NCBI GenBank assembly: GCA_965215605.1 | Contig: OZ244070.1 | Span: forward strand, 2,560,001 to 2,624,000 | From: an uncultured Candidatus Binatia bacterium | GTDB lineage: Bacteria; Desulfobacterota; Binatia; UBA9968; JAJDTQ01 | Direction of reading: 5' to 3' | Length of the DNA: 64,000 nt | Shown here: positions 11,184-20,550 of the stretch, piece by piece | Layout of the letters: the number at the start of each line of letters is the position of its first letter | Numbering within the stretch: position 1 is the first letter of the stretch | Position numbers and translations under genes: made by a program | Notes under the pieces: model-generated | The model's database searches: none | What the model was told of the DNA's origin: nothing | What the model saw: only the letters and a program-made list of their open reading frames with translations

Positions 11184-12932
11184 TTATCCGGTCCTGAGCC
11201 TTTGCCTCAGGCCGGTGTGCTGTTCCCGAATCCCGGAGGGCAACCGGTCTCCGAACTTCTCGAAGAACTCCGACTGGCTCCGCAGGTTGGTGCGCCAGCC
11301 GTCACGGTCCACGTGAAGCAGGCGGCGCATGGCGGCGCTCGACACGTCGGCACCCTTGCGGCTGATGCCGGAGGGCTTGGGCAGGTAGCCGATGGGGGTC
11401 TCGTCGGCTTTGCCGTCGTCCCGGGAGCGCTCGATGACCCACTGGAGCACGCGCAGGTTCTCGCCGAAGCCCGGCCACAGGAACCCACCCTGGTCGTCTC
11501 TCTGGAACCAGTTGACGCGGAAGATCTTGGGCGGACGGGTCAGGCGCTTGCCCATGGAGAGCCAGTGGTTCCAGTAGTCCCCCATGTTGTAGCCGCAGAA
11601 CGGCAGCATCGCCATGGGGTCGCGCCGGACCACTCCCACCGCTCCGGTGGCGGCGGCGGTGGTCTCGGACGCCAGGGTGGCCCCCAGGAAGGTGCCGTGG
11701 GCCCAGTCGAAGGCCTGGTAGACCAGCGGCACGAGCTTCTGTCGCCGCGCACCGAACAGGATGGCGCTGATGGGGACGCCGTTGGGGTTGTCCCGCTCGG
11801 CGGATATGGACGGGCACTCCGACGCGGGTACGGTGAAGCGGCTGTTGGGATGGGCCACGGGCCCCTCCTTGTTCCACGGCCGGCCGCGCCAGTCGGTGAC
11901 GCTCCTGGGCACGGGGTCGTCGTGCCCCTCCCACCACACGCTGCCGTCGGGCTTGAGCCCCACGTTGGTGAAGATGGTGTTTTTCTCCACCGTGCGCATG
12001 GCGTTGGGGTTGGTCCTGGAGTTGGTGCCCGGCACCACGCCGAAGAAGCCGGCTTCGGGGTTCACCGCCCACAGCCGGCCGTCGTCACCCACCCGGAGCC
12101 AGGCGATGTCGTCGCCCACCGTGAAGACCTTCCAGCCCTTCATGGATTTGGGCGGCACCAGCATGGCGAGGTTGGTCTTGCCGCAGGCGCTGGGAAGGGC
12201 GCCGCACACGTAGGTGGTCTCCCCCTCCGGGCTCTCGATGCCGACGATCATCATGTGCTCGGCGAGCCAGCCCTCCCGGGCCCCCAGTGCGCTGGCCAGC
12301 CGCAGCGCCATGCATTTCTTCGCCAGGAGCGCATTGCCGCCGTAGCCCGACCCCACGCTCCAGATGGTGTTGGCTTCCGGAAAGTGGCAGATGAACCGGC
12401 GGTCGATGTGCAGATCGGCCTTGGAGTGGAGCCCCCGGGTGAAGTCGCCGGAGTCGCCGAGGTGCTCGAGGGCCACGTTGCCCATGCGGGTCATGGCGCG
12501 CATGCTCAGCGCCACGTAGACGCTGTCGGTGAGCTCGATGCCCACCTTGCTGAAGGGAGAGCCGGCGGGTCCCATGAGGAACGGGATGACGTACATGGTC
12601 CGGCCGGCCATGGAGCCGTCATAGAGCTTCCCGAGCCGGTCGTAGGCCTCGTCCGGCGCCATCCAGTTGTTGGACGGACCGGCGTCGTCCTGCTCGCGGG
12701 AGCACACGAAGGTCAGATGCTCCGTTCGCGCCACGTCGTTGGCGGCGCTGCGGTGAAGATAGCAGCCGGGCAGGCTCTTCTGGTCCAGCGGGATGAGGTC
12801 GCCAACCCGTATCGCCACCTGGGTAAGGTGATCGCGCTCCTCCTCGGAGCCGTCGCACCACACCACATCATCCGGGCGACACATGGCTGCCGCTTCCTTC
12901 ACGAACTTCCGAACCGACTCATTCACGACCAT
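11184..12932 (-). CDS. pckG: Phosphoenolpyruvate carboxykinase (GTP)
   Basis: GSGYGGNALL, PSACGKTNLAM, VGDDIAW, HPNSRF, WPGFGEN. Confidence 0.97.
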   Translation of the reverse strand: MVVNESVRKFVKEAAAMCRPDDVVWCDGSEEERDHLTQVAIRVGDLIPLDQKSLPGCYLHRSAANDVARTEHLTFVCSREQDDAGPSNNWMAPDEAYDRLGKLYDGSMAGRTMYVIPFLMGPAGSPFSKVGIELTDSVYVALSMRAMTRMGNVALEHLGDSGDFTRGLHSKADLHIDRRFICHFPEANTIWSVGSGYGGNALLAKKCMALRLASALGAREGWLAEHMMIVGIESPEGETTYVCGALPSACGKTNLAMLVPPKSMKGWKVFTVGDDIAWLRVGDDGRLWAVNPEAGFFGVVPGTNSRTNPNAMRTVEKNTIFTNVGLKPDGSVWWEGHDDPVPRSVTDWRGRPWNKEGPVAHPNSRFTVPASECPSISAERDNPNGVPISAILFGARRQKLVPLVYQAFDWAHGTFLGATLASETTAAATGAVGVVRRDPMAMLPFCGYNMGDYWNHWLSMGKRLTRPPKIFRVNWFQRDDQGGFLWPGFGENLRVLQWVIERSRDDGKADETPIGYLPKPSGISRKGADVSSAAMRRLLHVDRDGWRTNLRSQSEFFEKFGDRLPSGIREQHTGLRQRLRTG

Positions 12933-12942
12933 ACGGTCCCCT

Positions 12943-13272
12943 TTACTTCCCCCGTTCCTTCTTCGCCGATGTCCGGGCGGATGCCTGGCCGGCCGGACGC
13001 GCGGCCTCCCGTTTCGTCTTTGCCGCTCTGGGCTTCCCGGCGTCCTGCGCCGGCGCCTCGGCTGCCTTCGGCGGCTTGCCCGTGGGATCGTTTGTGATGA
13101 AATGCCCGCAGTTGATGCAGTAGACGGTGTATGCCGGCTCCCGCCGATGATGGACGGTGTGGAAATGGCCCTGGGAACTGTTGATGCTGATGTCGACCTG
13201 ATAGAGCTTGATGACGACGTTGTGGTTGCAGTTTGGGCAAACTACCGTCTCGGGTACTTCCGTTTTGGCCAT
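12943..13272 (-). CDS. Small putative zinc-ribbon protein with basic low-complexity tail
   Basis: CPNC...CINC, GGAGG RBS, 10 bp from pckG. Confidence 0.6.
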   Translation of the reverse strand: MAKTEVPETVVCPNCNHNVVIKLYQVDISINSSQGHFHTVHHRREPAYTVYCINCGHFITNDPTGKPPKAAEAPAQDAGKPRAAKTKREAARPAGQASARTSAKKERGK

Positions 13273-13349
13273 CCGACCTCCCAGAAAGCCAGCGAACTCA
13301 ATGACACCTCAAGTCTGACTTGGGATAACCTTATAACGGGGTAAACGGC

Positions 13350-14468
13350 TTACGTCCAGTAGTCCTCCCGGCCGCCCTGGACCCACCAGTTTTCCCGCGG
13401 CCGGATGTCGAGATCGACCCCTTTCCGGTGCTCCCGCGCCAATTCGTAGAGCTTTTTGGCCAGGGCCACGTCGACGATGCCCTGCCCCCCCTGGTTCTTG
13501 TACAGGATGATCTGGTCGTCGCTGGTGCGCCCCTCGGCCTTTCCGGTCAGAATATCCGAAATGTCCACGACTTTGTCCCAGGTAATGATGCCGTCCTGGA
13601 CCGGCCAGTAGATGTCGCCCTGCTGGGAGTCCACCGCCTGTTCCCTGGACAGCGCGACGATGAAGTCGCAACGCCTGAGGGTGCCGTCGTCGATCTCCCG
13701 CCGCGGCTTGTCGAGGTTGCCGCTCTTGACGAGCTCGATATTGCTGCCGATGACCGAGATGATGTACTGGCCCGGTTCCAGCCACGAGCCGTCGATGACC
13801 GGGACATTGGTGTTGGTCATGCACAGGATGATGTCCACGTCCTGCGCCGCCCGGGGGCCTTCCGCCACCGGCTCCACCGGCACCTTGGTGATCTCGGTCA
13901 TCTTGCGGGCGAAGGCCTCCCGGTGGGACTGCGTGGGGCTGTACACCTTGGCGCTTTCGATCTCCCTGAGCTCGGTCAACCCGACGAAGGTGGAATAGGC
14001 CTGGTTGCCCGAGCCGTAGATGCCGACGCGGCGCGCGTCCGCCTTGGCCAGCCGGTCGATGCCCACCAGACTGGTGGCCGGCGTCCGCAGGTCGGCGACC
14101 CCGGCGGCGTGCTTGGGCCGGTGCGCCATGATTCCCAGCAGCGTCCCGCTGTCCGCGTCATAGATCAGCGCCAGCTCGGTCTGGTCGGGGTTGTAGGGCG
14201 GACGGCGTTGCTGATCGCCGACGATGGCCTTGCGGTGCAGCGCCACCTGTGCGCCCACGGCGCCATAGCTCGCCGCTCCGCCGGCGTAGATGTTGAGCAC
14301 GGTGTCGAACGGAGCCTCGCCTACATTTCTGTGCAAATTCAGCCGCTTGCGAGGGGCGTTGACGCCCTCCGGCGTGCCGATGTTCCTGAGCGCGGCCTCG
14401 GTGATGGAGACCGCTTCCGGAAAGGCAACCAACTCATCCACGTCTTGTGAATGGAAAAAGAGCGCCAT
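13350..14468 (-). CDS. Ornithine cyclodeaminase/mu-crystallin family protein
   Basis: LRT.A.S, GSGNQA, REID, GRTSDDQIILYK; GGAGG RBS. Confidence 0.85.
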   Translation of the reverse strand: MALFFHSQDVDELVAFPEAVSITEAALRNIGTPEGVNAPRKRLNLHRNVGEAPFDTVLNIYAGGAASYGAVGAQVALHRKAIVGDQQRRPPYNPDQTELALIYDADSGTLLGIMAHRPKHAAGVADLRTPATSLVGIDRLAKADARRVGIYGSGNQAYSTFVGLTELREIESAKVYSPTQSHREAFARKMTEITKVPVEPVAEGPRAAQDVDIILCMTNTNVPVIDGSWLEPGQYIISVIGSNIELVKSGNLDKPRREIDDGTLRRCDFIVALSREQAVDSQQGDIYWPVQDGIITWDKVVDISDILTGKAEGRTSDDQIILYKNQGGQGIVDVALAKKLYELAREHRKGVDLDIRPRENWWVQGGREDYWT

Positions 14469-14631
14469 GATACCTCCAGGTGTGGTTGACCGTTGGGGGG
14501 ATGACATCGTGGACCGGACTCGCCGGAGGATGTCCGCCGGGCCGATTGTCGATCCGAAGCTATCAGATAGCCCGGCGGCCGGCGAAACGCAAGGTGGCGG
14601 GAAGCCGGCGGCGGTGACAAACGTGTAAGGG

Positions 14632-15462
14632 TCAAAACACCATTTCGACTCTGGAAACGCAGCGAAAGCCGTAGTACCCATGTCCCCTCGCCTGCCTGCC
14701 CGGGTCCACGGTGTGCCGGGAGGTGGCGGTGAGCCCCTCGTGGTCGCTGGCGGCGTTGCCGCCCCGGGTCACCCTCGGATACGGTGCCGACAGGCTCTCC
14801 CGGCCGTCCTTGGGGTGGTAGGGATACGACGTGGCGGTGGAGCGGGTCCATTCCCAAATCTGGCCGGCCATGTCCAGCACGCCGTAGGGACTCCGCCCCT
14901 TGGGGTACCGGCCCACGGGCACCGACTCGCCCCGAAAGCCGCCGAAGAAGGCCAACTCCGGCGTCGGCGGGTCGTTGCCCCATGGATACAGCCGCCGGTC
15001 GGCCCCGCGCGCGGCCTTCTCCCACTCCGCCTCGCTGGGAAGCTGCTTTTCGAGCCACTTGCAGTACGCGACCGCGCCGTGCCAGGCCATTTCCGAGGCG
15101 GGATAGTCCTCCCAGCCGGCCTCCACCTTCCAGGTGTCGCCCACGTGGTGGATGCGATTGTCCTCGTCGCCCACGTCCAGATACTGCTCACCCTTGGGCC
15201 CCACCGGGCCCTTGGCCCGGATGAACCGCGCGTATTCCTTCATGGTGACCAGGTTCCGGTCAATGAAGAACGCCGGCAGGAAGAGCTTGTGGGCCGGTCC
15301 CTCTTCGGGCGGACCGCCGTCGCGTCCCATGGTGAACTCCCCGGCGGGGATGAGGACCATGCCGTCGTGTTTGCCTTCGGCGGCGCCGGCGGTGTTTGCG
15401 GAAAGGGCCAGGGTCCCGGCCAGCACAAGCGGCCCCGTAATGGAGAAAAGGCTGGGTGCCAT
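14632..15462 (-). CDS. Exported FGE-sulfatase (SUMF1/EgtB) domain protein
   Basis: signal peptide, LPSEAEWEKAARG, YPWG, YGVLDMAG, GFRC. Confidence 0.88.
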   Translation of the reverse strand: MAPSLFSITGPLVLAGTLALSANTAGAAEGKHDGMVLIPAGEFTMGRDGGPPEEGPAHKLFLPAFFIDRNLVTMKEYARFIRAKGPVGPKGEQYLDVGDEDNRIHHVGDTWKVEAGWEDYPASEMAWHGAVAYCKWLEKQLPSEAEWEKAARGADRRLYPWGNDPPTPELAFFGGFRGESVPVGRYPKGRSPYGVLDMAGQIWEWTRSTATSYPYHPKDGRESLSAPYPRVTRGGNAASDHEGLTATSRHTVDPGRQARGHGYYGFRCVSRVEMVF

Positions 15463-15674
15463 AACCGTGACCTCCAGCGTCGCCCTGCGGACGCGGCAAC
15501 GCTTCTCGATGGATTGCCGGATACTGTCCGGGCCGGGGAGACTTTAATACAAAGGGCGAAGCCGGTCCAGTTTTTCCACCCTCCCTGCGCCGGCGCCAAC
15601 GAACGGCATCCCTGTGGCCCGTGTCCGGTGATCGTGCTACGAGAACTTCTGTACCATCGGGAGGACCGTCAGTC

Positions 15675-17429
15675 ATGGATGCCGTACAGATGGAAGTGGT
15701 CTACCGGGCCACCGCGCAGATCGCCAAGGAGCTGGCGCTCAACATGCTCCGCACCGGCTATTCGAGCGTCATCAAGGAGAGCCAGGACTTCACCTTCACG
15801 ATCTTCGACGGCGACGGACGCATGGTGACCCAGGGACTGCCGCAGCCGCTCCACATCGGCGGCATCTCGGCGCAGGTGGGCGAGGTGATCCGGGTGTTCG
15901 GCGAGGACAACGCGGAAGGCGACGTCTACATCCTCAACCACCCGTACTTCGCCTGCCAGAATCACGCCACGGACGTCACCGTGGTCTCTCCGGTCTTCCA
16001 CCGGGGCCGGCGCGTGGCCTTCATCGCCAATACCGCCCACAAGCCCGACCTGGGAGGCAAGGTGCCGGGCACCAATTCCCCGGACGCCACCGACGTGATC
16101 CAGGAGGGGCTACTGCTGCCGGCGCTCAGGCTTTACCGCGGCGGCGAGCTCAACGAGGACCTCAAGACCATCATCATGGCCAACACCCGCACCCCGGAGA
16201 TTACTTGGGGCGACGTCCAGGCCCAGGCCCTGACCAACTTCTACGGCCTCAGGAAGCTCGCGGAGCTGATGGAGCAGTACGGCTCGGACGAAGTGACCGC
16301 GTGCTGGCGCGAGTGGATGGACATCTGCGAGGCGGAAGTGCGGAAGGCCATCGCGAAGATTCCGGACGGAGATTACGGTCCTTGCGTCGACTTCCTCGAC
16401 GACGACGGCCTGGACCGGGAGCGCTCCTACCGCATCGCCGCTTCCCTGCGGGTGGCCGGCGACGAACTGCACTTTTCCCTTGAGTCCTCGGAGCAGGCCC
16501 GGGGTCCCATTAACCTCCGGCCCTGCGTCATCCGGAGCTTCATCGACTGCCTCGCCGTGGCGGTGCTGTGTCCGGACCTGCCCGTCAACCAGGGCATCTC
16601 CCGGCCCATCCACGTGGCCTTTCCGCCCGAGGGTTCGATTCTGAACCCGCGCTATCCCGCGCCGGTGAACATGTACGTGCGTCCCGCCCAGATGGTCACA
16701 TCGGTGGTGCAGATGACGCTGGCCGAGGCTCTGCCCGAGGTGGTGCCGGCGCCGGACAGCGGCGCCGGCGGTTCGGTGTCCATCTCGGGACAGGACGCCG
16801 GCCGGGGCCGGTGGTTCTCGCTCTACGACCTCAACTGCGGCGGGGGCGGCGCCCGCGCCGACTCCGACGGTCCGGCGGTGTTGAACTCGCTGGTGATCAA
16901 CGTGATGAACACGCCGGTGGAGCCGTTGGAGACGGAGTTTCCCATCCGCATCGAGCGCTACGGGTTGTTCGAGGAGTCGGGCGGCGCCGGCCGCCTCCGC
17001 GGCGGCCTGGGCATGGTGCGGGACTGGAAGATGCTGGCGGACGAGGCCTACGTCAATCTGCGCAGCGACCGCTTCAAGCATTCCGCCCCGGGGCTCCACG
17101 GCGCGGGCCGGGCGCTGCCGTCGTCGGCCTGTCTCAACCCGGGCACGGAAGGTGAGCAGGCTCTCCCGTCCAAGGTCAGCCGGCTGCAGATGGGGAAGGG
17201 CGACGTCTTCCGCATACAATACGCCGGCGGCGCCGGGCGGGGCGACCCCTTCGAGCGGGAGCCGTCCAAGGTGCTGGACGACGTCCGGGACGGCTACATC
17301 AGCGCGGAAACCGCGCGGGAGGTCTACGGCGTCGCGATGGGCGGCCGTCCGCCCGAGGTCGACGAGGCCGAGACCCGACGCCTCCGAAGCGCGCCCCGGA
17401 ACGGGGACGCCGGATCGGGACGGGCGTAA
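15675..17429 (+). CDS. Hydantoinase B/oxoprolinase family protein
   Basis: S.VIKES.D, NHPY...HATD, HKPDLGG, NTPVE..E, SGGAG..RGG. Confidence 0.9.
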   Translation: MDAVQMEVVYRATAQIAKELALNMLRTGYSSVIKESQDFTFTIFDGDGRMVTQGLPQPLHIGGISAQVGEVIRVFGEDNAEGDVYILNHPYFACQNHATDVTVVSPVFHRGRRVAFIANTAHKPDLGGKVPGTNSPDATDVIQEGLLLPALRLYRGGELNEDLKTIIMANTRTPEITWGDVQAQALTNFYGLRKLAELMEQYGSDEVTACWREWMDICEAEVRKAIAKIPDGDYGPCVDFLDDDGLDRERSYRIAASLRVAGDELHFSLESSEQARGPINLRPCVIRSFIDCLAVAVLCPDLPVNQGISRPIHVAFPPEGSILNPRYPAPVNMYVRPAQMVTSVVQMTLAEALPEVVPAPDSGAGGSVSISGQDAGRGRWFSLYDLNCGGGGARADSDGPAVLNSLVINVMNTPVEPLETEFPIRIERYGLFEESGGAGRLRGGLGMVRDWKMLADEAYVNLRSDRFKHSAPGLHGAGRALPSSACLNPGTEGEQALPSKVSRLQMGKGDVFRIQYAGGAGRGDPFEREPSKVLDDVRDGYISAETAREVYGVAMGGRPPEVDEAETRRLRSAPRNGDAGSGRA

Positions 17430-17436
17430 CCACCCC

Positions 17437-18624
17437 GTGGAACAGCAAGCTCCGGCCCCGCGAGGCTGGCTTCGGGACTTCCTCCTGACCTGCGGTGCCC
17501 GCTTCGGGCTCTTCTTCGCCATGTTCCTGATCGAGCCGGTGTTCCCCGTGTACCTCAGGAACATGGGGACCAGTTCGTTCATGATCGGCGTGGTCATGGC
17601 CGCCTTCCCGCTCGGCGCCACCTGGGTGAGACCGCTGGTGGGAGCCTACATCGACCGCCTGGGCAGCAAGGTCTTCCTCGTGGGCGGGCTGACCATCTTC
17701 ATCACCGCCGCCACGGGCTATATCTGGACCGGCTCGGTGCTGGTGGCGCTGCTGCTGCGTACCTACCACGGCTTCGGGTGGTCGGGATGCACCACGTCGA
17801 TAGGTACGCTGGTGGCGGACCTCTCTCCGGATCACCTGCGCGGCACCCTCATCAGCTACTCCGGGGCGGTGAGCACCGTGGCTTACTCCATCGCTCCGGC
17901 CGTCGCCTTCTCGATCGTCCGCCATCTGGGATTCCCGACGGTGTTCGCCAGCGGGGCGGCGGCGGCGGGGTTCGGCCTGCTGGCGGCGGTCTTGATCCCT
18001 TCGCCGGTGAAGTACAAGCCCGCGCCCACGCGCCGGCGCTGGTTCGACACCTTCATCCTGCCCGCCTCCCTCCTGCCCGCCGTGAGCATGGGTCTTCTGG
18101 GAATCTCCCGCGGCAGCATCATCGCCTTCCTGTCGATCTACGCCCTGGAAATGGGGGGAGATCCAGGCATCTGGTTCGGCGTCTTCGCGGTGGCGGTGGT
18201 GGTCGGCAGGCCCATCTTCGGCCCGCTCTCCGATCGCAAGGGCCGGCCCTTCGTGGTCATCCCCACGTACCTGCTTGCTCTGGTGGGCATGCTGGTGCTG
18301 GTGCTGTCGCGCTCGCCCATGATGCTGCTGGTCTCCGCGGCCATCCTGGGATTGGGCTACGGCTCCGCGCACGCCGCGCTCATGACCATGGCCATCGACC
18401 TGGCGCCGCGCGACCGGTGGGGCCTGAGCATGGCCCAGTACCACCTGTTCTACGACCTCGCCATCGGCGGCGGCGGGGTGCTGGCCGGCATCATGCTCCA
18501 CTTTACCGGAAACAACTATCCCGCTATGTTCTTTGCCACCACGGTGGTGGGACTGGGCGGATTCGTGTTGTTCCTGATGAAGTATCGGGCGGCAGGCGCC
18601 GTCTTGCCGGGGAGTCCGCGATGA
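17437..18624 (+). CDS. MFS transporter
   Basis: about 12 hydrophobic segments, G..IDRLG and GPLSDRKGR motifs. Confidence 0.85.
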   Translation: MEQQAPAPRGWLRDFLLTCGARFGLFFAMFLIEPVFPVYLRNMGTSSFMIGVVMAAFPLGATWVRPLVGAYIDRLGSKVFLVGGLTIFITAATGYIWTGSVLVALLLRTYHGFGWSGCTTSIGTLVADLSPDHLRGTLISYSGAVSTVAYSIAPAVAFSIVRHLGFPTVFASGAAAAGFGLLAAVLIPSPVKYKPAPTRRRWFDTFILPASLLPAVSMGLLGISRGSIIAFLSIYALEMGGDPGIWFGVFAVAVVVGRPIFGPLSDRKGRPFVVIPTYLLALVGMLVLVLSRSPMMLLVSAAILGLGYGSAHAALMTMAIDLAPRDRWGLSMAQYHLFYDLAIGGGGVLAGIMLHFTGNNYPAMFFATTVVGLGGFVLFLMKYRAAGAVLPGSPR

Positions 18625-18696
18625 CGCCTCGGAGCGGCATGGAGTTCCCCGAGCATCCTTGTCAACGTATTTGTGAAACGAACACCAGGAGGTCCC

Positions 18697-19449
18697 ATGA
18701 ATACATTGGCGGCGGCGTTCCTTGTCCTGTTGCTTTCCACGGCTCCCGCGTTCGGTGCCGATCCCGCACCGGAGAGGGTCCGTATCGGCGTTGATCCCGG
18801 CTACCCGCCATTCAGTGAAATCGACGAGGCGGGCCGGCTCAAGGGCTTCGACATCGACATCGCCCTTGCCTTGTGCGCGCGGATGAAGGTCGCGTGTACG
18901 CTCGTCCGGCAGAATTGGGAAGGGCTTATCCCGGCACTGCTGGCGGGGAAATTCGACGCCATCGTCTCCAGCATGTCGATCACCGAGAAGCGCCGGCGGT
19001 GGGTCGCTTTCACGGACAAGTATTACAGCAGCGTCGTCCGCTTCGTGGCCCGGAAAGGCTCGGGATTCGACCCGGCGGCGCCGACGGGGCGGACCCTTGG
19101 CGCGGCGCGCGCGACGATCGCGTCGGATTGGTTGGAACAGAACCTCTCCGGGGTGGCCGCCATCAGGCAGTTCACGGACCAGGACACGATGTTCGAGGCG
19201 TTGGCCGCGGGCGACGTGGACGCGTTGTTCGGCGACGCCCTGGGTTTCTGGAGATGGCTCGAGAGCCCGGCAGGCGCCGGCTTCACGTTTGTGGGCGATG
19301 GCTACCGCCTGGATGAAGGCATCGGCATTGCCGTGCGCAAGGAGGACGACACGTTGCGCGAAAAGCTGAACCGGGCGATTGAAGCCGTCCGCGCCGACGG
19401 CGCCTACGAGGAACTCAACGCCCGGTATTTCCCCTTCAGCATCTATTAG
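18697..19449 (+). CDS. Polar amino-acid ABC substrate-binding protein (family 3)
   Basis: YPPF, GFDIDIA, WEGLIPAL..GKFD, SMSITEKR. Confidence 0.9.
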   Translation: MNTLAAAFLVLLLSTAPAFGADPAPERVRIGVDPGYPPFSEIDEAGRLKGFDIDIALALCARMKVACTLVRQNWEGLIPALLAGKFDAIVSSMSITEKRRRWVAFTDKYYSSVVRFVARKGSGFDPAAPTGRTLGAARATIASDWLEQNLSGVAAIRQFTDQDTMFEALAAGDVDALFGDALGFWRWLESPAGAGFTFVGDGYRLDEGIGIAVRKEDDTLREKLNRAIEAVRADGAYEELNARYFPFSIY

Positions 19450-19514
19450 ATCGGCATGCCGGGATCTCAACCCATCGGGGGGCGCGGCGGTCGCGCCGAC
19501 GGGAGGTTATCGAG

Positions 19515-20531
19515 ATGAAGCCCGTAGCCTGCCTGCTCGCCGTAGGACTGACCGTCGGCCTGTTCGCTTCCCCGGGCACCGCCGCCGACCCCATCGTCGG
19601 CTTGATCACCAAGACCGACGCCAATCCGTTTTTCGTGAAGATGAAGGAAGCCGCGCGGCGGAAGGCCAGTGATCTCGGCGTCGAGTTGCGGACATTTGCC
19701 GGCCGATACGACGGCGATACGGAGCCTCAGATCCATGCGCTAGAGAGGCTTGTGGCCGCGGGCGCCAAGGGCATTCTCATCACCCCGTCGGATCCCGCCG
19801 CCCTCGCCGGCCCGGTCCGGAAGGCGCGAGCCGCCGGTGCGCTGGTCATCGCGCTCGATACCCCTTTCGACTCCGTTGACGCCGTCGACGCCACGTTCGC
19901 CACCGACAACTTCCGGGCTGGCGAGTTGATCGGCGCATGGGCCAGGGCGAGCATGGGCGCCTCCGCGGAAGCGGCGAGGATCGCAACCCTGGACCTGTCC
20001 GCGGCGCAGGTCACGGTGAACGTGCTGCGCAACCAGGGGTTCCTCAAGGGCTTCGGCATCGACATCAAGGACCCCGGGAAGCTCTACGATGAGGATGACG
20101 CCCGCATCGTCGGCGCCGGCGCGGCCCTTGGCACCGAAGCAGGCGGGCGCGCCGCCATGGAGAGGCTGCTGCGGAAGATTCCGGGGATCGACGTCGTGTA
20201 TACGGTCAACGAACCGGTGGCGGCCGGCGCTCATGCGGCGCTCAAGGCATCGGGCAGGGAGCGGGAGGTTGTGATCGTTTCGGTGGACGGCGGCTGTCCG
20301 GGGGTCCGAAACGTGGCCGCGGGTGTCATCGGCGCCACCGCCATGCAGTATCCCGTCAGGATGGCCTCCCTCGCGGTGGAGGCGGCGGCGGCATTTGCCC
20401 GGACGGGCAGGAGGCCGGAGAAACCGCGCGCGCTGGACTTCCACGACACCGGCGTCACCCTGGTCACCGAGCGGCCGGTCTCGGGAATCCCGTCCGTTTC
20501 CGCGCGACAAGGTCTGAAGGAATGCTGGTGA
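19515..20531 (+). CDS. Sugar ABC substrate-binding protein (FrcB-like)
   Basis: LITKTDANPFFVKMKE, ATFATDNF.AG, SVDGGCPG. Confidence 0.85.
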   Translation: MKPVACLLAVGLTVGLFASPGTAADPIVGLITKTDANPFFVKMKEAARRKASDLGVELRTFAGRYDGDTEPQIHALERLVAAGAKGILITPSDPAALAGPVRKARAAGALVIALDTPFDSVDAVDATFATDNFRAGELIGAWARASMGASAEAARIATLDLSAAQVTVNVLRNQGFLKGFGIDIKDPGKLYDEDDARIVGAGAALGTEAGGRAAMERLLRKIPGIDVVYTVNEPVAAGAHAALKASGREREVVIVSVDGGCPGVRNVAAGVIGATAMQYPVRMASLAVEAAAAFARTGRRPEKPRALDFHDTGVTLVTERPVSGIPSVSARQGLKECW

Positions 20532-20550
20532 GACTGCGGGCAAGAGGGTC

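Noticed and set aside
14469-14631. Riboswitch or ncRNA in GC-rich leaders (also 63094-63317)
   Set aside because: No recognisable conserved aptamer motifs by eye; an Rfam/Infernal scan would be needed
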